From an uncultured Desulfobacterales bacterium (GTDB taxonomy: Bacteria; Desulfobacterota; Desulfobacteria; Desulfobacterales; C00003060), in assembly GCA_964430705.1 (NCBI GenBank), contig CAYSGJ010000186.1, positions 892 to 64,891 of the forward strand: DNA of 64,000 nt, written 5' to 3'. The translations under genes were made by a program, and so were the position numbers. Shown piece by piece: positions 9,749 through 18,431 of this stretch. How positions within the stretch are numbered: the stretch's first letter is position 1; each line of letters opens with the position of its first letter. The notes beneath the pieces are model-generated. The model ran no database searches. It worked only from the letters and a program-made list of their open reading frames with translations, and was not told where the DNA came from.

Positions 9749-10276
9749 ATGAGCGAACAAAAAGACACCGCCAAATCCCCGGTGGTGGGAATTGTCATGG
9801 GAAGCGATTCAGACTGGGGCGTCATGGAAAAGGCGGCTGCGATGCTGAGGCAGCTCGGCATCCCGTTTGAGGCAACGGTGGCTTCCGCCCACCGCAGCCC
9901 GGACAGGACAGCCACCTATACCCGATCCGCCCGGTCCAGGGGACTCAAGGTAATTATCGCGGGGGCCGGCGCTGCAGCCCATCTGGCCGGGGCCATTGCG
10001 GCAGGGACAACCTTGCCGGTTATTGGTGTTCCCATTGATTCTTCGTCTCTTAAAGGCCTGGATGCCCTTTTGGCTACCGTCCAAATGCCCTCCGGCATTC
10101 CTGTGGCCACCATGGCTATCGGGACGGCGGGCGCAAAAAATGCCGCTGTATTGGCAGCGCAGATTCTGGGAACAAGTGACCCGGCCGTTGAAGCAAGACT
10201 CGAAAAATTCAAAGAGGATCTGGCCGGCCAGGTGGAAAAAAAAGCAGAAGCGCTGAAAGGGAATCTTTCCGCTTGA
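9749..10276 (+). CDS. purE: 5-(carboxyamino)imidazole ribonucleotide mutase
   Basis: VGIVMGSDSDWGVMEKAAAMLRQLGIPFEATVASAHRSPDRT. The start is chosen at MSEQKD. Confidence 0.92.
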   Translation: MSEQKDTAKSPVVGIVMGSDSDWGVMEKAAAMLRQLGIPFEATVASAHRSPDRTATYTRSARSRGLKVIIAGAGAAAHLAGAIAAGTTLPVIGVPIDSSSLKGLDALLATVQMPSGIPVATMAIGTAGAKNAAVLAAQILGTSDPAVEARLEKFKEDLAGQVEKKAEALKGNLSA

Positions 10277-10310
10277 CCCCCAAAAAAATATATGCTCTAG
10301 TAACCATTAA

Positions 10311-10409
10311 GGCCGTGGGAGCTGCCCTTCCGATAGTCATTTCTTTGGCGGGAAACAGCTTAGGAACATCTTAACCAACCGTTAAGAGGCTCCCCGGCCT
10401 TTTCTTTTG
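10311..10409 (+). other. Structured, terminator-like RNA element downstream of purE (complex terminator or 3'UTR/sRNA candidate)
   Basis: The outer stem is GGCCGTGGGAGC (10311-22) paired with GCTCCCCGGCC (10389-99), 11 bp with one bulge. It encloses inner hairpins including CTTAAC-caacc-GTTAAG. TTTTCTTTT follows. Confidence 0.35.
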
Positions 10410-10490
10410 TCCAAATCGTCTTTTTTGTAAGACGTTGACCCCTTGAAAATCACGGCATTTCAAAGCGCTAAACGGTTACGTTTTTGAATA

Positions 10491-11138
10491 ATGTCTGAAA
10501 GCATCTGTGAAATCCTTGCAGTTGATCCTCATGTACCTGATAAACAAGTCATTGCCCGGGCGGCCTCATCTATCAGGAGAGGCGGCCTGGTAGTGTTTCC
10601 CACCAACACAATTTATGGACTTGGGGCCATGGCGTCACATGCCGATGCCGTTAAAAGGGTGTATCAGGCCAAGAAGCGGGGTACTGAAAAGCCATTGCTT
10701 GTGCTTATATCCAGCCCGACGGACCTTGCCGCCCTGGTTCAGTTTGTGACGGTCCCAGCCGAGCGCCTCATCAAGGCCTTCTGGCCGGGCAGTGTTACTC
10801 TGGTCTTCCATGCCAAAGGAAACCTTCCGGGCGGTCTTACCGGTCATACGGGAAAAATAGGCATCCGCCTTGCCGGCCATCCTGTAGCCTCGGCACTGGT
10901 ACGCCATGTGGGAAGTCCTATCACGGGAACCAGTGCGAATATCTCGGGAAACCAAGGCGCCGCGTCGGTGGATGGGCTTGACGCAAAGGTGTTGGAACAG
11001 GTTGACCTGGTGCTTGATGCAGGCAAACTTGCGGGGGGGAAGGGATCGACACTTGTGGACGTCACTGTGGATCCTCCCGGCATTCTGCGGGAAGGCACCA
11101 TCTCGGCCGACAGGATTCGGGCCGTATTCGGCCGTTAG
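10491..11138 (+). CDS. tsaC: L-threonylcarbamoyladenylate synthase (YrdC/TsaC/Sua5 family)
   Basis: VVFPTNTIYGLGAMASHADAVKRVYQAKKRGTEKPL... and STLVDVT fit the YrdC domain. Confidence 0.85.
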   Translation: MSESICEILAVDPHVPDKQVIARAASSIRRGGLVVFPTNTIYGLGAMASHADAVKRVYQAKKRGTEKPLLVLISSPTDLAALVQFVTVPAERLIKAFWPGSVTLVFHAKGNLPGGLTGHTGKIGIRLAGHPVASALVRHVGSPITGTSANISGNQGAASVDGLDAKVLEQVDLVLDAGKLAGGKGSTLVDVTVDPPGILREGTISADRIRAVFGR

Positions 11139-11179
11139 TCCACAATCAACGAACAAACGCCAATTCTGAAAGGAATGCC

Positions 11180-11692
11180 ATGTCACGGATCGACCAATTG
11201 TCCAAGGATCGATTGTTGATTTTGCTTGAAAATTTTGCCAAAAACTGGCTTGCTCACGATGGGCTCTGGTTTCAGGCCGTAGAGCGCATCCATGGCATGG
11301 AGCAGGCCATGGAACTCGATGCGCAAGCGTGGCGTCGGTTTTCTCCAATCGAGGCCCGACGAATTAAGGCTTTCTTGGGCTTGCCTGAAAACGGGGGGCT
11401 TGAGGCCTTACAGACCGCTCTGGAATATCGACTTTATGCAGTGCTCAACAAGCAGCAGAGTGAACTGCGAGAGGGGCGTCTTCGATTTTTCATGAATGAT
11501 TGCAGGGTCCAGAGCGCCCGGAAACGCAAAGGATTGCCTGACTTTCCCTGCAAACCGGTAGGCCTTGTGGAGTACGGCACTTTCGCCCGGGAGATCGATT
11601 CGAGAATCCAAACCCGGTGTATCGCGTGCCCTCCCGACGATCACCCCGAAGAGTACTACTGCGGGTGGGAATTCCGGATCGAAGAGGAATAG
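11180..11692 (+). CDS. Conserved hypothetical cytosolic protein (DUF6125-like, assigned from memory)
   Basis: 170-aa ORF with a reasonable RBS. It contains LAHDGLWFQAVERIHGMEQAMELDAQAW and a C-terminal Cys pair. The family assignment is uncertain. Confidence 0.5.
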   Translation: MSRIDQLSKDRLLILLENFAKNWLAHDGLWFQAVERIHGMEQAMELDAQAWRRFSPIEARRIKAFLGLPENGGLEALQTALEYRLYAVLNKQQSELREGRLRFFMNDCRVQSARKRKGLPDFPCKPVGLVEYGTFAREIDSRIQTRCIACPPDDHPEEYYCGWEFRIEEE

Positions 11693-11700
11693 GGGGCCTG

Positions 11701-12738
11701 TTATATCAACAAAGGCTGGAAGGCTTCTCGGGACCTTTGATTCACTTCGATGGTTTTCGATCCTTCGGGGCTTTTTATGGAGACGCGAACAGGACGGCCA
11801 TTGTCGGTTTTGCTGTAGGCCGCGCAAAGGACGGCTGCCTCCCTTACCGTTTGTTCGGGAGCCCCACAAGGAATCAAGACTATGGGACCCGGCACGTCCG
11901 TCATACGCAGCGACACGTCCTTGGCGGGATTCAAGAAATGAAGGATCCGTTCGTTGTCTTTCTGGGTGCGACCTACAATCGCCTTGTGTGGACCGTGTAA
12001 ACGAAAATGGCGGCCGTGTTTCAATAATTCGAAATCCCGTTCCTCATAACTTTTTTTGCCGGCAAAAAGATCCTTGAGTCTTCTGGAAAAACCCACATCG
12101 GTAAGCAGACAGCCCCCGGCGGGGGCGGGATAGTCCATAACACCGAAGCTCTTGGCCAGTTCCATCTGCCGCTTTCGTCCCCGGCCGGAGATGTCCAGAA
12201 GACGGTCCCGATCCACCAGCCCGCGTCGTTCCGGGACGGTTTCAGGCAACAGCTTGGCGCTCAGCGGTCGAATAATGAGCCCTTCCACGCCGGAATGTTT
12301 TTCTACATACCTCAGAGACGGTCTGGTTTGGGACATAGGGCGCTGCCCCAAAACTTCGCCGGAAAAGAGAAAATCGAATCCTTTGTCTCTCATGACTTCG
12401 GCGGCAAGACGAAACATCAGGGCGTGGCAGTCCAGACAGGGGTTCATGTTGTTTCCATAGCCGCAGTGGGGATCCTTGAGCATTTCAAGGTAGACAGGGG
12501 TAATGTTTTTTACACTGAGAGGTATTCCCGTCGTCTGGGACGCTCGGCGGGCCTTCTCGGCACTGAAAAAGGGCGTTTCAAAGTTGATCCATTCCACCTC
12601 GATGCCCTGTTTTTTGAGCACAACGGCTGAAAGGATGCTGTCCAACCCGCCGGAGCACAGGCCCAGGGCCCGTACCGGTCGGGACTTTTTCGGCTCCAAA
12701 TGTTTTGTCAACGGCTCGTCATGGGAGGTGTGATTCAT
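11701..12738 (-). CDS. PP-loop ATP-pyrophosphatase (ThiI/MnmA-like tRNA thiolation-type enzyme)
   Basis: SGGxDS PP-loop (LGLCSGGLDSILSAVVL). It also has CLDCHALMF and SGEVLGQRPMSQ. Confidence 0.7.
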   Translation of the reverse strand: MNHTSHDEPLTKHLEPKKSRPVRALGLCSGGLDSILSAVVLKKQGIEVEWINFETPFFSAEKARRASQTTGIPLSVKNITPVYLEMLKDPHCGYGNNMNPCLDCHALMFRLAAEVMRDKGFDFLFSGEVLGQRPMSQTRPSLRYVEKHSGVEGLIIRPLSAKLLPETVPERRGLVDRDRLLDISGRGRKRQMELAKSFGVMDYPAPAGGCLLTDVGFSRRLKDLFAGKKSYEERDFELLKHGRHFRLHGPHKAIVGRTQKDNERILHFLNPAKDVSLRMTDVPGPIVLIPCGAPEQTVREAAVLCAAYSKTDNGRPVRVSIKSPEGSKTIEVNQRSREAFQPLLI

Positions 12739-13381
12739 GTCTCAACCTGTCAGCAAAAAACGTGTACAAACCATACTTACAACACTAAGGGAGGCCTACC
12801 CGGATGTCAAGACGGCCCTTAATTACAAAACCCCTCTGGAAATGCTGGTTGCCACCATCCTTTCCGCCCAATGCACGGACGTTCGGGTCAACGAGGTTAC
12901 CAAGACACTTTTTGAAAAGCTTCGAACAACCCGCGACTATGCACGGATATCTCTTCCTGAGTTGGAGGCACTGATTCGGCCAACGGGGTTCTTTCGCAAT
13001 AAGGCCAAAAACATCAAGGCGTGCTGCCGGACTCTGGTGGAAAAGCACGGGGGAAAGATCCCCGCCAACATGCAAGACCTGGTGGCGCTGCCCGGTATTG
13101 GACGAAAGACCGCCAACGTAGTTCTGGGAAGTGCCTTCGGGATTCCGGGAATCGTCGTGGACACTCACGTCAAAAGGATTTCTCAACGCATCGGACTCAC
13201 CAAAGAAAAGGATCCGGTCAAGATCGAGTTTGATCTTATGCCGATCATTCCGAAAAAGGACTGGATCGACTTCTCCCACCAGCTCATCTGGCACGGCAGG
13301 AAGGTGTGTACGGCCCGAAAGCCCGCGTGCCTGCAGTGTCCCCTCCTTGCGCTTTGCGATTACGGCCAAAAAAACGCTTGA
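12737..13381 (+). CDS. nth: Endonuclease III
   Basis: HhH-GPD core (LVALPGIGRKTANVVL) and a C-terminal 4Fe-4S loop (CTARKPACLQCPLLALC). Confidence 0.92.
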   Translation: MSQPVSKKRVQTILTTLREAYPDVKTALNYKTPLEMLVATILSAQCTDVRVNEVTKTLFEKLRTTRDYARISLPELEALIRPTGFFRNKAKNIKACCRTLVEKHGGKIPANMQDLVALPGIGRKTANVVLGSAFGIPGIVVDTHVKRISQRIGLTKEKDPVKIEFDLMPIIPKKDWIDFSHQLIWHGRKVCTARKPACLQCPLLALCDYGQKNA

Positions 13382-13611
13382 CCCCGGCCGTTTGTATGAA
13401 CATCCGAGGGTCGGCGATGCCATGGAAGAACCTATTATCGCCGGTACGCTGCCGACAGTGCGCATTCCCACACGGGTTTAAAATGTTGCCGGCTTGGCGC
13501 GAGAACTCTTAACGGATGGATGGCGGCAGCAGCAGGGGACAACCCTTTCCGGGGGAGGGCGCCTCACACGTCATCCTCCGGCTTTGCTTGTGATTGCAGA
13601 TTCTATGCGCC

Positions 13612-13653
13612 TTCGCAGAAGACCACGGGCGTTTGGTCGTGGCCTTCTGCGAA
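13612..13653. repeat. 16-bp stem hairpin (one mismatch) in the nth/CBS convergent intergenic region
   Basis: TTCGCAGAAGACCACG-ggcgtttggt-CGTGGCCTTCTGCGAA. No U-tract on either strand. Confidence 0.5.
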
Positions 13654-13729
13654 TCGCTGAGACGGTCGGAATGCCGGGGCGGGAACTTGAACGGAACTAA
13701 GGGTTTACCCGAGCGGCTCGATTTGTCGA

Positions 13730-14311
13730 CTAGGTCAGGAAACACTCATCTCCGGCAATTTCCAGCAACAAAGGAAATATGTCCATGATGTTCACCACGC
13801 CGACAATTTTGTTGTCCCGTACCACCATGGGCTGTCTGATTTTTTCTTTGAACATGATGTAGATGGCCTTGTTGATGCTGTCTTCTTCATTCAAAAGGGG
13901 GTGAACAGGCGACATGACGTCTTTGACCTTTTTTTGCGTTTCTTTTTTTACCAGCTCCAAAAAGGTACTATGGAGCCATTGGAAACGTTCCTGGAATTCG
14001 CCGATTTCTTGAGCCACTTCCAGTGCCCGCGAAGACAAGGTCCGATAGTACGCTCTTGACGCGTCCTCTTGCTTGGCAGCCTCCGGAACCAGCCCTCTGA
14101 TAAGATCAAAGACGGACAGCTTACCCACAATCTTTTTAGATGCGTCCGTAACCAGCAATGTCTTGTGGAATTTGCCGGGTTCGCTGGACTGGATTTTTTC
14201 ATGATTTTTTTTCAGGATTTGCAGGACGTCGCAAAGGGGGGCATCAGAATCTACCTGCTCGTATTCCTCAACACCCGCCATAACGTCCTTAATCTTTTTT
14301 TCTTCTGCCAT
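13730..14311 (-). CDS. CBS-domain pair protein
   Basis: The start is chosen at MAEEKKIKDVMAG. Two CBS-like repeats are present (VKDVMSPVHPLLNEEDSINKAIYIM...VVRDNKIVGVVNIMDI). Confidence 0.75.
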   Translation of the reverse strand: MAEEKKIKDVMAGVEEYEQVDSDAPLCDVLQILKKNHEKIQSSEPGKFHKTLLVTDASKKIVGKLSVFDLIRGLVPEAAKQEDASRAYYRTLSSRALEVAQEIGEFQERFQWLHSTFLELVKKETQKKVKDVMSPVHPLLNEEDSINKAIYIMFKEKIRQPMVVRDNKIVGVVNIMDIFPLLLEIAGDECFLT

Positions 14312-14523
14312 TGTCAACCTCCTCCTCGTTCGAAGCTCCAATTCGAATTGGGCTGTTAATTTACAACCGCACGATATCAGGAACCCGCTGGTATGACAAT
14401 GGAGAAATAACAATAGCGGCTGTGGTTAAAGGGAAATCCGGGTTATAGGCTGCAAAGGCAAGGCCCCAACCTTGGTGTGTGACTGCCCACCACATGCGTT
14501 GGGGTGCTGATGAACAATCCGGG

Positions 14524-16164
14524 TCAGTACTGAGCCAAACCCGCCAAATCACTGCCGTCCACGTCGCCGTCGCCGTCCAGGTCGCCTTCGCAAGGGTTGA
14601 AGTTCGAGCAACCCGCACGGCCGAGATGATCGGCCAGAAAGTGTAGGAAAAAGGCAAGGTCCCGGGCGTCCACATCCAGTGATTTCTCAAGATCGATAAT
14701 CCCGGATGTGGCATTCCGGCCGTTAAGCGCATCCACGACGCGAACCGAGTCCAGGATAATGTCCACAACGGAAAACGGGGACCATCCGGGAAACCGGGAC
14801 AGCAGCAGCGCCGTCAGGCCGGCCACATGAGGCGCAGCCATGGAGGTGCCGCTTTTGTCACAGTAGGTGTCGGCCAGGCAGGCGCTCAAAATGTTCACAC
14901 CGGGGGCCGACACGTCCACCCAGAGTCCATAATTGGAATTTTGCGGCTTTTTATCACTGCTGTCGGTGGATCCCACGGCAAGAATGAGCGGATCCGGATA
15001 ACCGGCGGGATAAAAGGGACCGGTAGACCCGGAATTGCCGGCCGCCGCGCAGATGATCACGCCGATTTCCGATGCATATTGAACGGCTTCTCGAATGACC
15101 GTATGGTCTGACGTACCGCCCCAACTAAGGTTGAGCACATGGGCGCCGTTGTCGGCGGCATAGCGAATGGCCTCGACCGCGTCGGCCACTTCCAGGACAC
15201 CCTGTCCAGCGTAATCTTTGTAACCGGCCCTGACGGCCATGATCCGGCAGTGCCAGACAACGCCGGCGATGCCCAGCCCGTTATCGGTCACCGCGCCGGC
15301 GATGCCGGCCACGTGAGTGCCGTGTCCCTGGCCGTCCATGGGCTCGTTGTCCCTTTCCAGGCAGTCGGGGTCTGAACAGCTGTTCTCGGTATCCACAAAA
15401 TCCCAGCCGATGTAATCGTCGACAAAGCCGTTTCCATCGTCATCGATGTCATTGTTGCCTGGAACCAGTTGGCCGGACCAGTCTTCGACCCAGTCCTCGC
15501 CCATGTTTTGCCAGATATTGCCCGCCAGGTCCGGGTGGGCGTAGTCGACGCCCGTGTCGATAACGGCGATCACCGCGTCGGAGACACCGGTTTCCAAGTC
15601 CCAGCCCGCTTCGGCGCCGATGTTTCTCGGCGCCCATTGTTCGTGGTACCTCGCATCATCGGGGATCTCCTGGGTGAAGAGCAGATAATTGGGCTCGGCA
15701 AACTCCACGGCGCTTTGTGCCCGAAACCATGCAGCGGCGTCGCGCAGCGGCCATCGGTCAGGCACGGAGATTACGAAATAATTCGCCTTTTTGCTCTGCT
15801 TCCGGACCGCGACGCCTTTGTCGGCAAGGGCTTGTTTGATCCCGGACCGCGCGGCGTCGCGCTTGAAACGGACTAGAAGTTCACCGGGGACAAAGCGGGC
15901 CTGTTCTGCCCAATTGATCGTCGCCCCGGCGTCCGGTCGGGTTTGGCCGTCGGCCCGAGGTACAAACACGGTGCGTTGTTTTGCAAAAGGCCCCCGGGCG
16001 TTTTTATCCTCCGATCGGAGTTGCCCGGCCGCGACCACCTTTGCGGGCTCGGAGGAGGGGTTGCCGGATTGTCCACAACAGCGCTCTGCGCCTTGCCAAA
16101 GACAAAGCGTGACGCCGATTCCAGCTACAAGGGCTGTTAATCTTATCCTTTTTCCCGATTTCAC
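14524..16164 (-). CDS. Secreted S8 (subtilisin-like) serine peptidase with a C-terminal dockerin/EF-hand-like repeat
   Basis: GTG start and a signal peptide. The catalytic motifs are VIDTGVDYAHPDL, GHGTHVAGI and SGTSMAAPHVAG. The tail is CEGDLDGDGDVDGSDLAGLAQY. Confidence 0.88.
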   Translation of the reverse strand: MKSGKRIRLTALVAGIGVTLCLWQGAERCCGQSGNPSSEPAKVVAAGQLRSEDKNARGPFAKQRTVFVPRADGQTRPDAGATINWAEQARFVPGELLVRFKRDAARSGIKQALADKGVAVRKQSKKANYFVISVPDRWPLRDAAAWFRAQSAVEFAEPNYLLFTQEIPDDARYHEQWAPRNIGAEAGWDLETGVSDAVIAVIDTGVDYAHPDLAGNIWQNMGEDWVEDWSGQLVPGNNDIDDDGNGFVDDYIGWDFVDTENSCSDPDCLERDNEPMDGQGHGTHVAGIAGAVTDNGLGIAGVVWHCRIMAVRAGYKDYAGQGVLEVADAVEAIRYAADNGAHVLNLSWGGTSDHTVIREAVQYASEIGVIICAAAGNSGSTGPFYPAGYPDPLILAVGSTDSSDKKPQNSNYGLWVDVSAPGVNILSACLADTYCDKSGTSMAAPHVAGLTALLLSRFPGWSPFSVVDIILDSVRVVDALNGRNATSGIIDLEKSLDVDARDLAFFLHFLADHLGRAGCSNFNPCEGDLDGDGDVDGSDLAGLAQY

Positions 16165-16913
16165 GAGAACTCACCCTTTAGAAATTAATAATGCGGTTAT
16201 CCAGAATACTCATGTTTATGGTACAACAAGGCCGATGGAGATCGAGACAAAAGCCGGGCAACTGTCTGAGCCGTTTAGACCGCGTTTTGAGCGGCCGTAA
16301 CTCGGTCTAGTCGACACCCCATAAGAGCCTGAATGAATAGACTTTCTATTATGCCCATTCAAAGGCCGCTTTTACGCGGCCTTGACGGCGAGTTTTGCCC
16401 GGCTGGAGGATTGATGTCCATTGGCCGACCAAAACCCTGACTGGAGCTTTGTATATAACCGCAATTAATAATTTCCAAAAAGATTCGGCAAACACCGTGC
16501 CAGAAGTTCAAAACGCCGGATATGCGGTCGGTTCTCGTTCGGCAGTCGGTCCGTTTTTCCGGCTTTCTCAAGACAAAGGCTGAAGGTAAAGAATCTAAAA
16601 TCAGGCGGTTATGCGATTGCCCGGTTTTGTCCTTACAAGGAACCGGGGGCGATGTCTATCGAAAACCGTCTCTTGGCGGCAAGGCCGACAAAGCCTGTAC
16701 GGCACCAAAAGGCCCTGAAAAAAAGGCAATTGGTTGCCCTTCATGGCAACAAATTGCCCATAAAGAAACCGATGAAATACGAAAACCAATCGGCCGGCTG
16801 AACAACAATCTTGGGCAATCATTGCCCAACACGCCCCCTCCTTCCCGGGGCAGGGAGGGGCGGGGCTGCGCACCGTTGGCTCGGAAACAGCGCCATTTTC
16901 TGGTTGTTCCTGC

Positions 16914-17669
16914 CTATTTGGGTTCGGAAATGCCGTGCAGACCGAAGCAGGCTTTCGCATTCCGGGTGGTTTGATCGGCGATCTCCGCGGCGCTCCTTTT
17001 TTTCACCCTGGCGGCTTCTTTCAAGGTCAGCTGCACATGGACGGGGCGCGCATGGAGGTCTCCGTATATCACGGGCGAGTCGGTTTCCAGGAGGAGATTG
17101 GATAAGGGAACAACCCGAATCGCCTCTTGGTGATATGGATTGAAAAGAAGTGCAGGAGAAGCGGACATGTAATAGCCTTGTGCGGCGATCGACGGGATAA
17201 GTTCAACAGGTCCGCTGTACCAGTGAAAGACCACCTTCGTAAGGCCCGCGTCTTTCACCATCTGAAAAGCCCTTTTGTGGGAATATCGGCAATGCAGTAT
17301 GATGGGCTTGTCGTGTTTTTTGGCCAGCGCGATGAGTTGAAGAAAAACGGCTTTTTGAATTTTTTTCTTGACCTTGGCTTTGTAGTCCAGGCCAACCTCT
17401 CCCAGGGCCACACACCGGCCGAGGTTTTGATCGATATAGGCAAGTGTCTCGTCGTGGTTTTCCGTCTTGAGGCGCCAAGGATGATACCCGATTGCAGGAA
17501 AGACAAATCCGGGGTTTTGGGATGCCGTTTCCAGGGCTACGGCATTCGATGCAATGTCCTGGCCTATTGCCACGATAGCCAAGACCCCGCCCAGGCGGGC
17601 GTCGTCCACGGCTTTGTGCGGATCATCCAGTTCTTCAAAATGGGCGTGGGTGTCGATGACGAAGTACAT
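16914..17669 (-). CDS. tatD: TatD-family metal-dependent hydrolase
   Basis: MYFVIDTHAHFEEL...ILHCRYSHKRAF...LLLETDSP. Confidence 0.88.
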   Translation of the reverse strand: MYFVIDTHAHFEELDDPHKAVDDARLGGVLAIVAIGQDIASNAVALETASQNPGFVFPAIGYHPWRLKTENHDETLAYIDQNLGRCVALGEVGLDYKAKVKKKIQKAVFLQLIALAKKHDKPIILHCRYSHKRAFQMVKDAGLTKVVFHWYSGPVELIPSIAAQGYYMSASPALLFNPYHQEAIRVVPLSNLLLETDSPVIYGDLHARPVHVQLTLKEAARVKKRSAAEIADQTTRNAKACFGLHGISEPK

Positions 17670-17725
17670 GTTTTTTCGTGAGTTTCCGGCCCTTCGAGGC
17701 TGCCGGTGGATCCGGGTGGTGCTGT

Positions 17726-18109
17726 CTACTTTTCATAAATATTGATATGTTCTATGCCTGGCTTCAGAAAAAAGGTGCTCATCTCCACCTTTTTCTGATT
17801 TGGCGAAAAGCTGATAACGATTTTTTGCTCGCACCCTATTCGCTCCAGGGTCTTGATGTCTGCCAACTCGATGGTGGGGTTGCTGCAAAAGGCAATGACC
17901 ACGACGTTGTCGTCGTTCACGCCCACCATATCCGCAGGGCCTTCCTGGTATCGCGGGTCCCGAAAGGCAGGCACGGCATGGAGTCCTTGCTCATGCAAAT
18001 ACGTATACAAAACACACCGAATAGTCTCTTTGACTACGGGGTTCTTGAGATAGTCTTTCGGAATGGCCCTGATGGCCGCCAATATCCTTTTTATCAGTTC
18101 ATCTTTCAT
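17726..18109 (-). CDS. Hypothetical protein
   Basis: ORF 17726..18142, start chosen at MKDELIKRILAAIRAIPKDY. I recognise no family. Confidence 0.4.
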   Translation of the reverse strand: MKDELIKRILAAIRAIPKDYLKNPVVKETIRCVLYTYLHEQGLHAVPAFRDPRYQEGPADMVGVNDDNVVVIAFCSNPTIELADIKTLERIGCEQKIVISFSPNQKKVEMSTFFLKPGIEHINIYEK

Positions 18110-18431
18110 GGAAGCGTTGGCCTTTTTTCTGCAGACATGCATACGGTGTTTTAGATAGCCGAATCGATTTCAGTTTGCCATCCTTTTCTGTGATTTACAA
18201 CCCCTTATGTTTTTCAGCAAGGTAAGCGGGAAGGAGTTTCCTTGACACGGTTTGGTATTTGGCGGACACTTTTTAGGTCATCACGGCATCAAAAATTGCC
18301 AAAAAAAAGACAAAGCGTTTTTGGGCTATGAGTCCCCGGGGGAACGGGCGTGGACAGAACGTGACTTCCGGGCGGGTTTTCAAACGCCTTCACGCGCGGT
18401 ATCCAAGGGGCACTGTCGACAGGCCAAGACA

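Noticed and set aside
16522-16974. 150-aa plus-strand ORF (and 119-aa minus-strand ORF 16601..16960) in the ORF-poor region
   Set aside because: Arg/Pro/Gly-rich composition and no RBS. The first overlaps the tatD 3' end. Treated as non-coding.
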